Below, in pieces: positions 24,767 through 36,530 of a stretch of 64,000 nt of DNA. Each line of letters starts with the position of its first letter. Positions within the stretch are counted from its first letter, which is position 1. Origin of the DNA: Podarcis vaucheri (Eukaryota); the NCBI GenBank assembly GCA_965113315.1, contig OZ220382.1; one strand, written 5' to 3'. The translations under genes were made by a program, and so were the position numbers. Below the pieces are notes generated by a model that was not told where the DNA came from, searched no databases, and saw only the letters and a list, made by a program, of their open reading frames with translations.

Positions 24767-25248
24767 GGTCCCTTTATTTTTGAATTGGCTTGTATGAAAA
24801 GCGCTTTGTGATCTGTTTTAAATATTAAGTACATACACAATATTAAATACCCAGTAATAAATCACAGCAAACAAAAAAGCAGTACTGTTCTACTAGGCAG
24901 TAAATGTGTTTTAAAAATGGTAACTGATCCTTAGAAATACCTCTTTATTTAAAAGTATGAAACTGTTGTTCAAAATCAAGTTAGCAGTTAGGCAAATTTA
25001 ACCAGAAATCTGGTTAAATTGGCCTTCTAAAAAGAGAATGGACAAGGTTGTCATAAGCCTCATTGTCTGTAGTGACTAGGTGTCTCCCTTGTGATGGGGG
25101 GAATAAATAAATAAATATGTATATACAGACAGCATGTTAGTAGCTTACAGATTCTTTTGAAGTAAATAGTAACACCCTGGGCTTTGTTCTGATGATTGCT
25201 TACATCTCTCCATCTCTCCCTCCCTTGCTCTCTCTGATATGTAGCTTG

Positions 25249-25489
25249 CTGGGGTGAGCAAACTTTTTCAGCAGGGGGCCAGTCCACTGTTTCTCAGACC
25301 TTGGGGGGGGGCTAATTTTTTTAATAATAATGAATTCCTATGCCCCACAAATAACCCAGAGATGCATTGTAAATAAAATGACACATTCTACTCATGTAAA
25401 AGCATGCTGATTCCCAGACCGTCCGCAGGCCGGGTTTAGAAGGCGTTTGGGCCGGATCTAGCCCCCGGGCCTCAGTTTGCCTACCCATG
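25249..25489 (+). mobile_element. hAT-Charlie-like non-autonomous element
   Basis: Ends CTGGGGTGAGCAAACT / AGTTTGCCTACCCATG; homologous to 56302-56561 in the opposite orientation. Confidence 0.8.
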
Positions 25490-26547
25490 CAGACTGAATG
25501 GCTGTTTACAACCGTTAGAAGCAGAGATAGAAAGAGCGCCCTGCACAACTCTGTTTAATGTTGGTGGGAATAGCAGGCTGAGATGAGGAAAAAGTGGTAG
25601 GTGAGAGCTCACTGGTTGTTGTTTTACTAATAAATTGGGATAGATTAGCTTCATACAATGCCCTCTTGTCCTATCAAATTTGATTTGATAGATGATTTGA
25701 AATAAGAGGAGGCATTTTGAAGATGTGTCCATATTCTGCTCTTCTGCAGGAAAGATAGTCATTAGACTGAGTGAGGCAGCCACCTCACATGATTGATTTT
25801 GGATGTTATTAAATGGCAACAAATATTTAATTGCTGTGTTTTTATTGCCAGGTAGAGGCATCTGTGGGGTTTTCTGCCTCGTGCCAAAATAACTTGACCA
25901 GCCTTGTTTACTATAAATCTTAATTAGGTTGGGTGGAGGAGTACAATCCGGTGCTCTGCCTCAAGAAGAATATATTGTGACAGATGTAGTGCCTGGTGCC
26001 TTCAGTTACCGAATGCTCAGTTTTACTCATTGCTTCATTTTCATTTACTATGGCTTACAGCAAATGAGTAAGTGTGCTGGTGGCCAGTGATAAAATGGTG
26101 GTTGCTTTGTTCCTCCCATGGACCTCCTGCTGCCACTCTACAACAAGCTACACAACAAGTTTGTTTAGTGTTAGCTGTAAAAATGGGCCCATGGTTTGTC
26201 TTTCTCAAAGCAAACCATGAGCTGTGTAACCATGATGTAGCTCCCGAGCTAGGTTCAATTCTAATGTTCTGCAAAGTTCAGTCCCAAGGAAAGTCTTTAA
26301 AATAGTGAGCATTTAATAAAAATGATTTGAGGGGAAAATTATAGTGAACATTGGTTCTATTTTCTCTTGATGTGTATTGCAGAGTTCTTTGGCTGGAATA
26401 TCTAGAAGTAGCACCCCAAAATGTTTCTGGGTTCCCAAGAAAACCTCTCAAAATTGATTATACAATTAAACTTCTATTCAGACCTTTCGAAAAGCCTACA
26501 GCAAGGTAACAGCAGTTTTAAAAAAGGAAATACAATAAAACAGAATA

Positions 26548-26608
26548 CTCGATGCCCTTGTGGTCTCTTCCAACTCTATGATTCTATGATTCTATGATTC
26601 TATGATTC
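26548..26608 (+). mobile_element. Extreme 3' end of CR1 with (ATTCTATG)n tail
   Basis: GGTCTCTTCCAACTCTATG followed by tandem ATTCTATG octamers. Confidence 0.85.
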
Positions 26609-27414
26609 AAAATATCTACTTCATAGATGTGAAGATTTTGTAACGCCTAACTAATTCCCAAATCAAAAGCCAATCCAAATGAAACAGCACTTTAGTAAAT
26701 ACTTGAGCTCAGACTATGACGACATCAAGAAAGGATTTCTAGTGTTAACATAATGCATGATAGTACTGTATGACAAAATTCTTTTGTGAAAGGAAGAAGG
26801 AACTGTTATAAACTCTGTGTAGTCTTTAAAGCAATGCCAGTCAAATTCTTGAAGAAATTTGAAGCATAAATTAAAACTCCCTCAGACAGCTTTAACTTGC
26901 ATTTGCACAGTGGGTCACACTTGGTGACCCTGGCAGGCTTCCAGCCCTCTTACTTTACACAGTTGAACTATTCTTGAAAATGTCTTCAGCATAGTAGTTG
27001 TTAAAAAGCAGGCTCGGGGGTGGGAGTGAGGACTTGCTTCAATGTATAGCTTTCAGGTCTCTCTTTTCCCTCTTTCTCCTTTCAAACCCTTATTCAACAT
27101 GACTAGAATCTCAGTTTTTCTGTTGAAATTCCTTCATGTTGTATTTTTACAGTGTTTCTCCATTTTAAGAGTAGGCTAGCATAAAGGCCATAATGCCTTA
27201 ATGCTCTAGTTTTTCTATCACAAAAGCTCCTCCTCCTCCAACAACAACAAAAGTGCACAGATAAAGATCATTTGTATGAAGATAAGTCATAATATTAGCA
27301 ATGATTGTACTTAGATGCACTATAGCAGCAGCTGTTGCTATTTCTATCACTAGTAATTTATGTAGCATTTTATATGACAGTGTTTATGTCCCTTTGTTGT
27401 GCCAGCTTTGCTGA

Positions 27415-28040
27415 TGTTAGTGCCATGGGCCCCTTGGCTCTGGCATGATATGGCGTGGAGGAGAAAGAAGGAGCAAATGGGGGACTGGAAGACTGGCATC
27501 CAGGAATGAAGAAGAGATGTCCTCCCCTTGTGACTCTAGATGTGAGAGAGGGAGAAGCAGAGCTGCCAGCTCTCTCCTCTGCTCCTCCTGAAGAGTTTCT
27601 CATCAGTGAGGAGGGGAGGACTTTGGCCAGCAAGAAGGAGGAGCTGAACAGAAGGAGGTGGCAGCCAAGCTAGAGGCAGAGGTGCAGGACACAATCTTGT
27701 CGCCAAGAACTAGATAGTGCCTTTGAATGTGAGATCAGATGCACCCAGCCAAACAGCACACTTTGTGCGTGTTGCAGAACTATAGGACGAACGAGTCTTC
27801 TGAGTGAGCTCACCCTGCCTCATCTTTAAAAGCTTTGTGGGAGGGGCATGTCAACTGTTGGGACATATTCATAGGTTTTGTTCTATTGTGAACCTTGCTT
27901 ATGAACTTTGGAATCTTGACTTCTGGCCTTTGTGCTTGCTGCTGAGCCTGTACTGCTATTAGCCTGAATAAAGATTTCTTCTTTGTTTACAAGTAAGAGT
28001 TGTTATCACTGTACTTTGGGACAGGAGCCTGAGAGTAAGA
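27415..28040 (+). mobile_element. Solo LTR (probably Gypsy)
   Basis: Termini TGTTA...TAAGA (decayed TAACA), flanking CTGA/CTGA TSD, TATA-like TTTAAAAG ~27826, AATAAA 27967-27972. Confidence 0.7.
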
Positions 28041-28059
28041 CTGATTGTTGCTATTTGTA

Positions 28060-28175
28060 TTTAAAGATGGGAAACTGAAGCTGAAAGTGACTTGTCCAAG
28101 GCCACATAGTGAGTTTATAGCTGAGGTGGAACTTTAGCCAGATCAGATTTCAGCTCCATAGCCACTCAACCCTAC
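28060..28175. mobile_element. CORE-SINE (MIR-like) fragment
   Basis: GATGGGAAACTGAAGCTGAAAGTGACTTGTCCAAGGCCACATAG matches the MIR core pattern. Confidence 0.65.
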
Positions 28176-28934
28176 TGGCTCTCTTTAACAGTTCTACCTT
28201 TCACCTTTCCTTCACACATTTTTTAAAAGCACATTTCATGCTCTGAATCCAAAAGAAAAAAACCCATGCCTTTGAACTTGGTTTACTGGTTTGGAGAAGT
28301 TCTTTTGCTGTTGTGTTTTAGTGTGGAATTTTGAGTATGCTGAAATCAGTGCCTGAGCTTCCATTAACACAAGTAGGACTGGGATTTCTTCTAACCATCT
28401 GGTCTTGGCTATTCAAATGGCTGGCAAAGGGGTAAGAAGAGTGAGGCAGTAATGGACCTTACTGTGTTTACTCTTAAAGCATTTGTTCAACTAATTGTGT
28501 CTCGAGGGGCACAACTGAAAATGTTCTTATCTAATAAGTAGAGGGGAAACAAGCTTCCAAAGAAAATATATTACTTTTCTCCCCTGTTCCTGACAAGGAA
28601 AAACAAAACTAGATATTTTCCTTGGCACTTCAAGTTACAAGTGAGAAAAGCAAGACTCACTGTGGGAATTATCATGTTGCACTGTAAGGCTTTTTTACAT
28701 ATACTTTCAGCTTTTAAGTTATAGCATGTTTTGCTACTTTTGTTAAAGTTGCAAATAAAATTTCTTCAAGTTCTATCAAATTATCATTGTGATTCTAGAT
28801 AAAGTTTTCCTTCCTATGCCAGGACCTCATTTATATTATATCTGTAGCTCAGTGCAAGTTAAGGGTCCACTAGCATATTTCCTTAACCAGGAGAGGAGAG
28901 TACTTTATTTCTAAATGCTAGAGAGAATAAAAAA

Positions 28935-29068
28935 CAGAGCTTTTTTCAGCCAGAACTCACCAGAACTCAGTTCCAGCACCTCTCAGGTGGGCGCCAGTGC
29001 CATTATAAGAGAACCAAGGAAGCATTCATGGAGAGTTCTGGCACCTTTTTCTAAAAAAAATAGCTCTG
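28935..29068. mobile_element. Short hAT-like MITE
   Basis: TIR CAGAGCTTTTTT / AAAATAGCTCTG; degenerate 8-bp TSD ataaaaaa/ataagaac. Confidence 0.65.
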
Positions 29069-31825
29069 ATAAGAACTATATGATAACATTTAGCAAGAGC
29101 TCAGATAGATTGGACCCAAGACATTTTGCCATCCCAAGGGGCTATATTATACGATTTGAGGACAATGTCCTAGAATCTTTAATGGTGTCACAAAGCTTGC
29201 ACTGACATACCCCTCAAAAATATTCTTCATCCCCAGTAATTTCATGTGTTGATTATACAATTAAGACTAAAATGCTTGAGATAATACAATGTTGGAATAA
29301 TATGTTATTTCTGAAACAAGAGGCACCTTCTAGGAAACTCCCCCCACCCATTGAAAAGCACTATGCCTTTTATGCAATTTTTCGGATACCCTTTTTGTTT
29401 TAGATACTTTTTCATGGGGAGATCAGAGAGAAAGTACCACCTCGGCTTACAAATCTGTGTGTGCGCGCATGTATATTATAGATAGATAATGCACACCACA
29501 TGTACAGCAGCCTGCACTTACTCCCATCCCTTTGTATTTGGCTTTCAGGTGGTAGCTCTGTTGGGAACCTTTTTGAAGACCAGACCTGACGCAGTTTCAA
29601 CACAATTTTTTATTTCAGTTGCCCAGCATCCTTGTAATAATGATGCTGTCACATAGCCAATCACATTTGGCTAGGCAATACTACTTCAGAGGCCAAACAA
29701 AGCTAATTGGGATTGAGAGCAATGTTTCTGTTCCCTCTGAATTAGCTTCAGTTGCCCTTAGTTAACATTGTCACATAGCCAAATCTGATTGGATACATGA
29801 CAGTGTCACACTTGGACCAAAAAAGTTTCACCAACAAATAGATGCAAAAGGGATAAGGTTAGGCATTCTTTCAGGAAACATATTTCACCTGAAAACCCAC
29901 TTTTCACACTGAAAATATTGTTTGGATAATATGTGGCTCAGTCCTAATATCCTGTTATATATCCTGTGACTATTTATATAGTCACAAAGTCGTAGCCTGC
30001 AAGTGGTGGCTTGGTATTGCATGAGACATTTCATGAGAGCTCTTACCTTTGTTATCTTCACAACTGTAGAGTTTTCAAATAGGGGAAAAAGAATTGTGGG
30101 TAATCTTATTTATGCAGTTTTAAGGACTACAAATTACTATGAATTATATGTTTGAGGGAGAACATTTTGTAATTTAAACAAAGATTCTTCTATGAGTCTT
30201 TGCAGAATTCTTTTTAAGTGACAGAGCTGATGTTTGGAAAGCTAAAGTCAACACTGCAAGAGACTAATCTACTTCAGATCCCATAGTAAAAGAAACAGGT
30301 TATACTTTGTCTTTACTAGCATGTGTATTTACTAGGGTTATATTAAAATTTCTTACTAAGACAAATGGAAATCCCCATAGCCATAAAATATCATAAAGGT
30401 ATTTTCTGTGCCTAAAGATTTAATCCATTTATCTTAAAGATATCTTGTTTGTTTGTTTGTTTTGCTATGCTAAAATGCAAAGAGCTGTACAATAGGAATT
30501 TATCAGTGCAGAGTATGCAGGTGGCACAATGCAATGTTTTATGGGAAGTTACATTGCACTTTGGAGAGAAGCTAAAAAAACAAACCCACTAAGCATTCTG
30601 GTCCATTAAATGTGACCTCAGCTAGGTTTTTTTTGGGGGGGGGTTGTTTTGTAGGCGGGGAAAGGAGGATTGAGCAAGACACCTTCAATATGTTCTCCTC
30701 TCTCAATAAGTGTACCCCCTCACTACTATTGTTGCCTGTTGGTGCTTCTCATCTGCTTCATCAGTGCCATCCCATGATTGCTTGCTAGACAAAGCCAATA
30801 AGAAAGCAGACAGTGACAGCTACTGCTCATAACTGTTGTTTGCTTGCTTATCCGCTTTGAGCCAGAGCAAGAGGCAGGTGCAGAAGCAGGTTGCAGTGAC
30901 AAAGAGATGGAACGGGTCCAGGTGATTCTAATCAATAGACCCTATACTGGGGTGTGGACATTCACCAGGTGCCCACTAATGCCAGCCTTGATTCTGCACC
31001 ACTTCTCTCGGGCAGCCACTGCTAATTTGCCTGCTTGCTGTCTCCCAAGCTAGCACACACCTGTTGTCTTTAAGTCACTTTTTCTCTGCAATTTAGCTAT
31101 AGTTTTCAGAAACATCCATTGTTGACCTAGCAAGCAGGACTGCCATAGTATGTTTCTGTGTGGAAGATATCTGTGTGTCATAGGCACTTATTGGAATGTG
31201 TGGATTATATCATCGCTGAGTTTCTTGCTCCATCTCTCCTGTTTATCTACACTATCTTGAAATACCACTGAAATTTCAGCAGTTTTACTTCTGCTCTTTG
31301 GAGGTTGTTGATCTACTTTGTATTTCACTGACACTCTGGCCTGACTAACAACTCAGCTATACCCCAGTACCAAGGCAGGCTTTTATGTCTTAGAGGCGCA
31401 TTTCAGCATATAGCTACTATTATTGCTGTACTAAGAGAGGGGTGCAATGTCTCTGGAAGGCCCCATGCTGTACTGAATCAGAGTCCATTGCTGGTTTAGA
31501 TGCAACCACTTCGAGGTACCATTTCCCATGGTGCACATTGAAAACATACAGAAAATATCTAACAAGAGTTCAGAATGCATACCTTTAATGCCTGAACAAT
31601 TAATGCTCAGGGAAGAAGATAATTGTATGAAGTTTTAGAAAGCTCATCAAAATTAAATCAGCCTTAGTAAGTCAGGAAAACATATATTTCACAGATATAA
31701 CAAGCTCAAAGCAAAGATAATCAATCTGCCCAGCAATTCCCACTTCACTCCTAACATCAAAAAAAGAAGATCATGTTTAAATATATGTGATCGCAATCAC
31801 ATTTAAAGATAGATGGAAACCCAAG

Positions 31826-32193
31826 GTAAAAGGTAAAGGTAAAGGTACCCCTGCCCAAACGGGCCAGTCTTGACAGACTCTGGGGTTTGTGCGCCCATCT
31901 CACATCTATTGGCCGGGGGCCAGCGCTGTCCGAAGACACTTCCGGGTCACGTGGCCAGCGTGACAACGCTGCTCTGGCGAGCCAGAGCCGCACACGGAAC
32001 GCCGTTTACCTTCCCGCTGGTAAGCGGTACCTATTTATCTACTTGCCCCCGGGGGTGCTTTCGAACTGCTAGGTGGGCAGGCGCTGGGACCGAGCAGCGG
32101 GAGCGCACCCCGCCGCGGGGATTCGAACCGCCGACCTTTCGATCGGCAAGCCCTAGGCGCTGAGGCTTTAGCCCACAGCGCCACCCGCGTCCC
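31826..32193 (-). mobile_element. Young full-length Sauria SINE
   Basis: About 4 mismatches to the 19925 copy over ~358 nt; TSD ATGGAAACCCAAG (31813-31825, 32207-32219); intact A and B boxes. Confidence 0.96.
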
Positions 32194-33078
32194 TATGGAA
32201 GGAGACATGGAAACCCAAGTTAATACCCAAATGAATATGAAAGTTCATGGTCTTTCCCCTTTCAATATATGTATGTCATAAATTGTTTAGGCAACTGGGT
32301 ACCAGTTTTTGGAGGGTTTTTCTCCATAATAGTTCACAGGCGGAGTAGTGTATCAAAATGTTTTGGCCCAATTTTCATAAGCAGCAAACCTTCATACCCA
32401 AATGAATGAGAATTCATGAAAGACCTAGTGTTTAGCCATGTGGTATTTTTCCCTGAAAAAATAAACCTGAGTCTCTGACCATTTATGAACATACCAGATT
32501 GCAGTAGGCAGTTCATTGGTGTATTATTCCCTTTCTCTGGGAATAATGTAGAATGCAAAGCTGTAATGGGTGTTTTCTGTGCAAATGTCCTTTAAAAAAA
32601 ATCACACAGTGACAGCAGTCAGTTAAATTATGCTGGACAACACCCAACTACTAGGTACTAGTACATTTGTAGTTATATAAAGATGCCACTTATTTTATAA
32701 TACATTCTATCATAGCTAGAATGTAGAAAAAACTGGTTTGATATCTAATCTGAATTTTGTAGAAGTTGTAATTGTGACAAAAGTATTCTAATTATAGATA
32801 CTCTAACTAGTTTCCCATCTTATTGTAGATACTGTAAGTTGTCAGACTATTTCACATTCTCCTTCTTTCCCATTTCCCCTAAGCAACATAGGCCTTGACA
32901 TTTTGTTATAATGAGAGTTACTAGATGTTGGGTTAGGGGCCACCACCAGAAGACCACTGAAGTATTTTGTTTGTGTCAGTAGACTTTGATCAGCTAGCAA
33001 TATGAATGGTGCAAATTCAGGGAGCTTTCTGAATGTTTGCTATCCTGGTGAAAGTTTGGAACCATAGATGACTCAGTA

Positions 33079-33430
33079 AAAAGGTAAAGGTACCCCTGCC
33101 CGTACGGGCCAGTCTTGACAGACTCTGGGGTTGTGCGCCCATCTCACTCAAGAGGCCGGGGGCCAGCGCTGTCCGGAGACACTTCCGGGTCACGTGGCCA
33201 GCGTGACAAAGCTGCATCTGGTGAGCCAGTGCAGCACACGGAACGCCGTTTACCTTCCCGCTGGTAAGCGGTCCCTATTTATCTACTTGCACCCGGGGGT
33301 GCTTTCGAACTGCTAGGTTGGCAAGCGCTGGGACCGAGCGACGGGAGCGCACCCCGCCGCGGGGATTCTAACCGCCGACCTTTCGATCGGCAAGCCCTAG
33401 GCGCTGAGGCTTTAACCCACAGCGCCACCC
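33079..33430 (-). mobile_element. Young Sauria SINE, different subfamily, slightly 5'-truncated
   Basis: Same core; B-box mutated (GGTTAGAATCC); TSD AGA(T/A)GACTCAGTA (33066-33078, 33434-33446). Confidence 0.95.
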
Positions 33431-35897
33431 TTCAGAAGACTCAGTAGTAGATTCTTATGTAAAATATTTGGAGCCTGTGAGCTATAAAGCAGTTTGCACC
33501 CAAACTATAGAGTGGTTTGCTTCTAAACAAAGGGCTACAGGGGCCAGTCTTCAAATCATCCACTATGGCATAGAGCTCTGCTTCTTAATGATAGAAATGT
33601 GCTAGCAGGTGCACATAGCTGGTAGAGAGGAAAGGTCACTCTGTACATGATCACAAGAGCTCTTTTCTTTACAGTTGCTTCATATATAGCTGAAGTTTAA
33701 ATTGGATTCTTCTAATAATAATATAGAAGATAATCACTCATATCATATTCATCAAAGAGAGGGACTTAAGATAGTATTAACATATTATAAATCCCTAGAC
33801 ATTTGAGTGATTGTATTCCACATTGCTATATTGGACTAGTTCCTTGTACTGTCAGTCTTATTAGTATGAAAAATAGCATTGCTGCTTTCTTGCAAAAAAA
33901 AAAAGAAAGGGGGGAAAAGGCACCTGGTTTGCTCTCCCTTGATGACTTGGATTTCATTAGTAAGTTTCTCCATCCACAATGGCAATTTGCCAAAAAATAC
34001 TGTACCAGAGATATATGAATAGAGTTGTATTGTTCTACCACAGTTTTGTCATCACAAATCTGGCAGCAAGTAACATGAATCTAATGAAATTTTTAAATAC
34101 AATGCTCCCCCAGGCTCAAACAGTGAAAATAGCTGACTACATTTTTTTAGCAACTGTTTGCCTAGTTGTGGTGTTGACCTCCTTAAGTACCTCATCCCAG
34201 AACCTTACTACATGCAGACACTCCCAGCACAGATGAATATAAGTACCCTGTCAATAAGTGCTGAGTATTGTTTTGTTCTGCTGGAGCTCAAATTAGATAT
34301 TTAAGGAATGAAAAATTATGTGAGGTACTTTTAATGACTTTTTAAAATTATTTTCTCTCCCATCCTGTCACATCCTTTGTTGTCACCCTAATTCCATGTA
34401 GAATGGGTTCTTGTAAAAAAATTCAACAGGGGTTAATCTCCCAGGTACTCGTGCATTTCGCAATCCAGTGTGCATAAAAGCAGAAGGGCTTAAGAGCCAA
34501 ATAAGATTTTTGCAAGACAAAGTTCTAGATGGAACTTGCTGTAGAGTATGTGGAAACACTCTTCTTAAGACAGGAGAAAAGTAATTATAAGAGGCCACTT
34601 CATTGTGTTGGATATTGTAAGGAGCAGACAGATAAGATATTTTTTAATGTTAACTATCATAACAAGCATATCGTACTCCTCAAATGTGAAACATGGTCTG
34701 GCAGCAAGTGTTTTTTTAATATCAGAACCATCCAAAATACTTAACCCCCAAACAGACACACACACTTTGTTACTGAACCCCTGTGTGGCAGAAGCAGTCC
34801 TGTTTTTCTGTGTAATTTAAACTATGCAGGTAAATGCAGCCCCCTTCATTTAGTTGAGAGCTCCTCCAGCAAATTTCCCACTTGCTGAGGAGTGGTATAG
34901 ATGCCCCAAAAGACAGGGATCATTGATTAATTCTGCAAGGGCATTGTTTTGAAATGGTACCGAATGCCTTCAGAAACTTTAAAGGATTACCTATCCCAAA
35001 CTTTGTATCCTTCCTCTTTGAGATTGCTGACAAAAGATGGCAGGCCCTATAACTGCCCCTGCAACCTTTGTTTCTGAGATAAGCAGGAAGTTATCAGCAT
35101 TTTGTTAGAAATGTTAGAAAGCTAAACCCAAATGTTACATTTGTTCTTACTCCCCTTTAACAGTGGCCTCACTTTATTTTCTTTTAAGCCTATCCATGCT
35201 GAAAGATGTGTTAACATTTTTTGCTTTCTGTTTCATGTGTTAAGAACTTTGCAAAATAAGAGCTTTCCAACACTGTTTGATCATATCTTGCTTGCTTCAG
35301 ATTTCCCACTTGGCATCTATTGCAAAAGCTGTTGCGAGGACTATTCCCAGCTCTACTTAGCTTGGACTTTTTAAAAAATGAGTTTTCACTTAAACATGCA
35401 AACACTGTGATATTCTAGGAGCTGCTACTTAGAGGAACTTTCTGTATCTTTGATCAGTGCGTCAAAGGAAAGTAAAGACCAGCTTCCTGGGTTGTAATAC
35501 AATAGTCCTTTCAAATAAGTGACACAAAGTGTAGAGGATTTTCTGTGTTATATTTAGGAAGGAAAAATTATTTTGCACATAAACAATCAATATTGTGATG
35601 GACTGGTTGTTGCTGATTTTACTTTAAGAAATGCTTAGAACTTTGGCACATCAACTAAATTAACAAACATTCATTTTAATTATTTTTTTTAAGTCTATGC
35701 AGATCTAGTAACATTTCAGTGTTTAGATGAATTCATTTTAATAAGAAAACCACATTTTAAGATTTCTAACTCAAATTTATCAGCCTTATCAAAAATCTGG
35801 CATTGTTCTTCTAAATCAAGAGCACTTTTGAAATGACTTTGCAGCTAGCACTGAAAATATAAATATATGTTAAATGTGACACATCTCAAATTCTTAC

Positions 35898-36480
35898 CCT
35901 GTTTCCTTCTGGTTTCTCTCTTCAATCTTGAGACTTGTTTTAAAGATAACAATAAAAGATTCACTGACTAGATCATCCAGAGAAATAGTGACATCACTGA
36001 TTGCAGCAAAATAAATGCATTCATTCGCGATGAGGGTTATCTAGTTTCTGTTGCATGAAAAGCTTCATGCATTTGGTACTGTGCTTGGACGGATAACATA
36101 AGAAGGCTATTGCAGTCCTGTTACTTCCTTATTGTTTAAATTCTTGTTCCTTTAACTTGCTTGCTGAATCAAAGCCTTCGGTCCCCATGCTATGGACACT
36201 CAGGGACAATAGGCTGCAGCACCGACTTGCTTTTCAGGAGCTCTGCCTCTTTGCATTTCAGTTTTGAAGCTTTCAATCCATCATTTCAAGCGAAGCTAAA
36301 ACAGCCCTATTTGAACTTCAGCTTCTTTGTGGTGGATTTACATGCTGGAGGAGGGGGGGAGATAATCAAGCATGCGGTAAGCAGACAAGTTCTGGTTGGA
36401 TAAGCTCCGCTTCCCCCTCCCACAAGAGCAAGGGATCCACCAGCAAGAGACACATTCAGGGCCTCCCCTTAACCACAAAC
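35898..36480 (-). other. ANGPTL2: Probable non-coding exon 1 (5' UTR) of ANGPTL2
   Basis: Strong donor AGG|GTAAGA at 35898/35897. Minus-strand 36300-36440 (GGATCCCTTGC...CCAACCAG...GCATGTAAATCCACCACAAAGAAGCTGAAGTTCAAATAGGGCTG) resembles my recollection of the mammalian ANGPTL2 5' UTR (unverified). TE-free block; start approximate. Confidence 0.7.
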
Positions 36481-36530
36481 AGTAGAGGGCTGGCTGAAGC
36501 CAAACTTTTACCCGGTGATGTCACAGCTCT
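36471..36530 (-). promoter_or_regulatory. Candidate ANGPTL2 core promoter
   Basis: Variant CRE TGACATCA (36516-36523), TATA-like TAAAAG (36505-36510) and RUNX consensus TGTGGTT (36471-36477), at or just upstream of the inferred exon 1 start. Confidence 0.55.

Noticed and set aside
26570-26608. Short regular repeats (also 705-757, 18262-18299, 48795-48830)
   Set aside because: CR1 tail, slippage duplications or MITE internal repeats; no spacers and a eukaryotic context, so not CRISPR.
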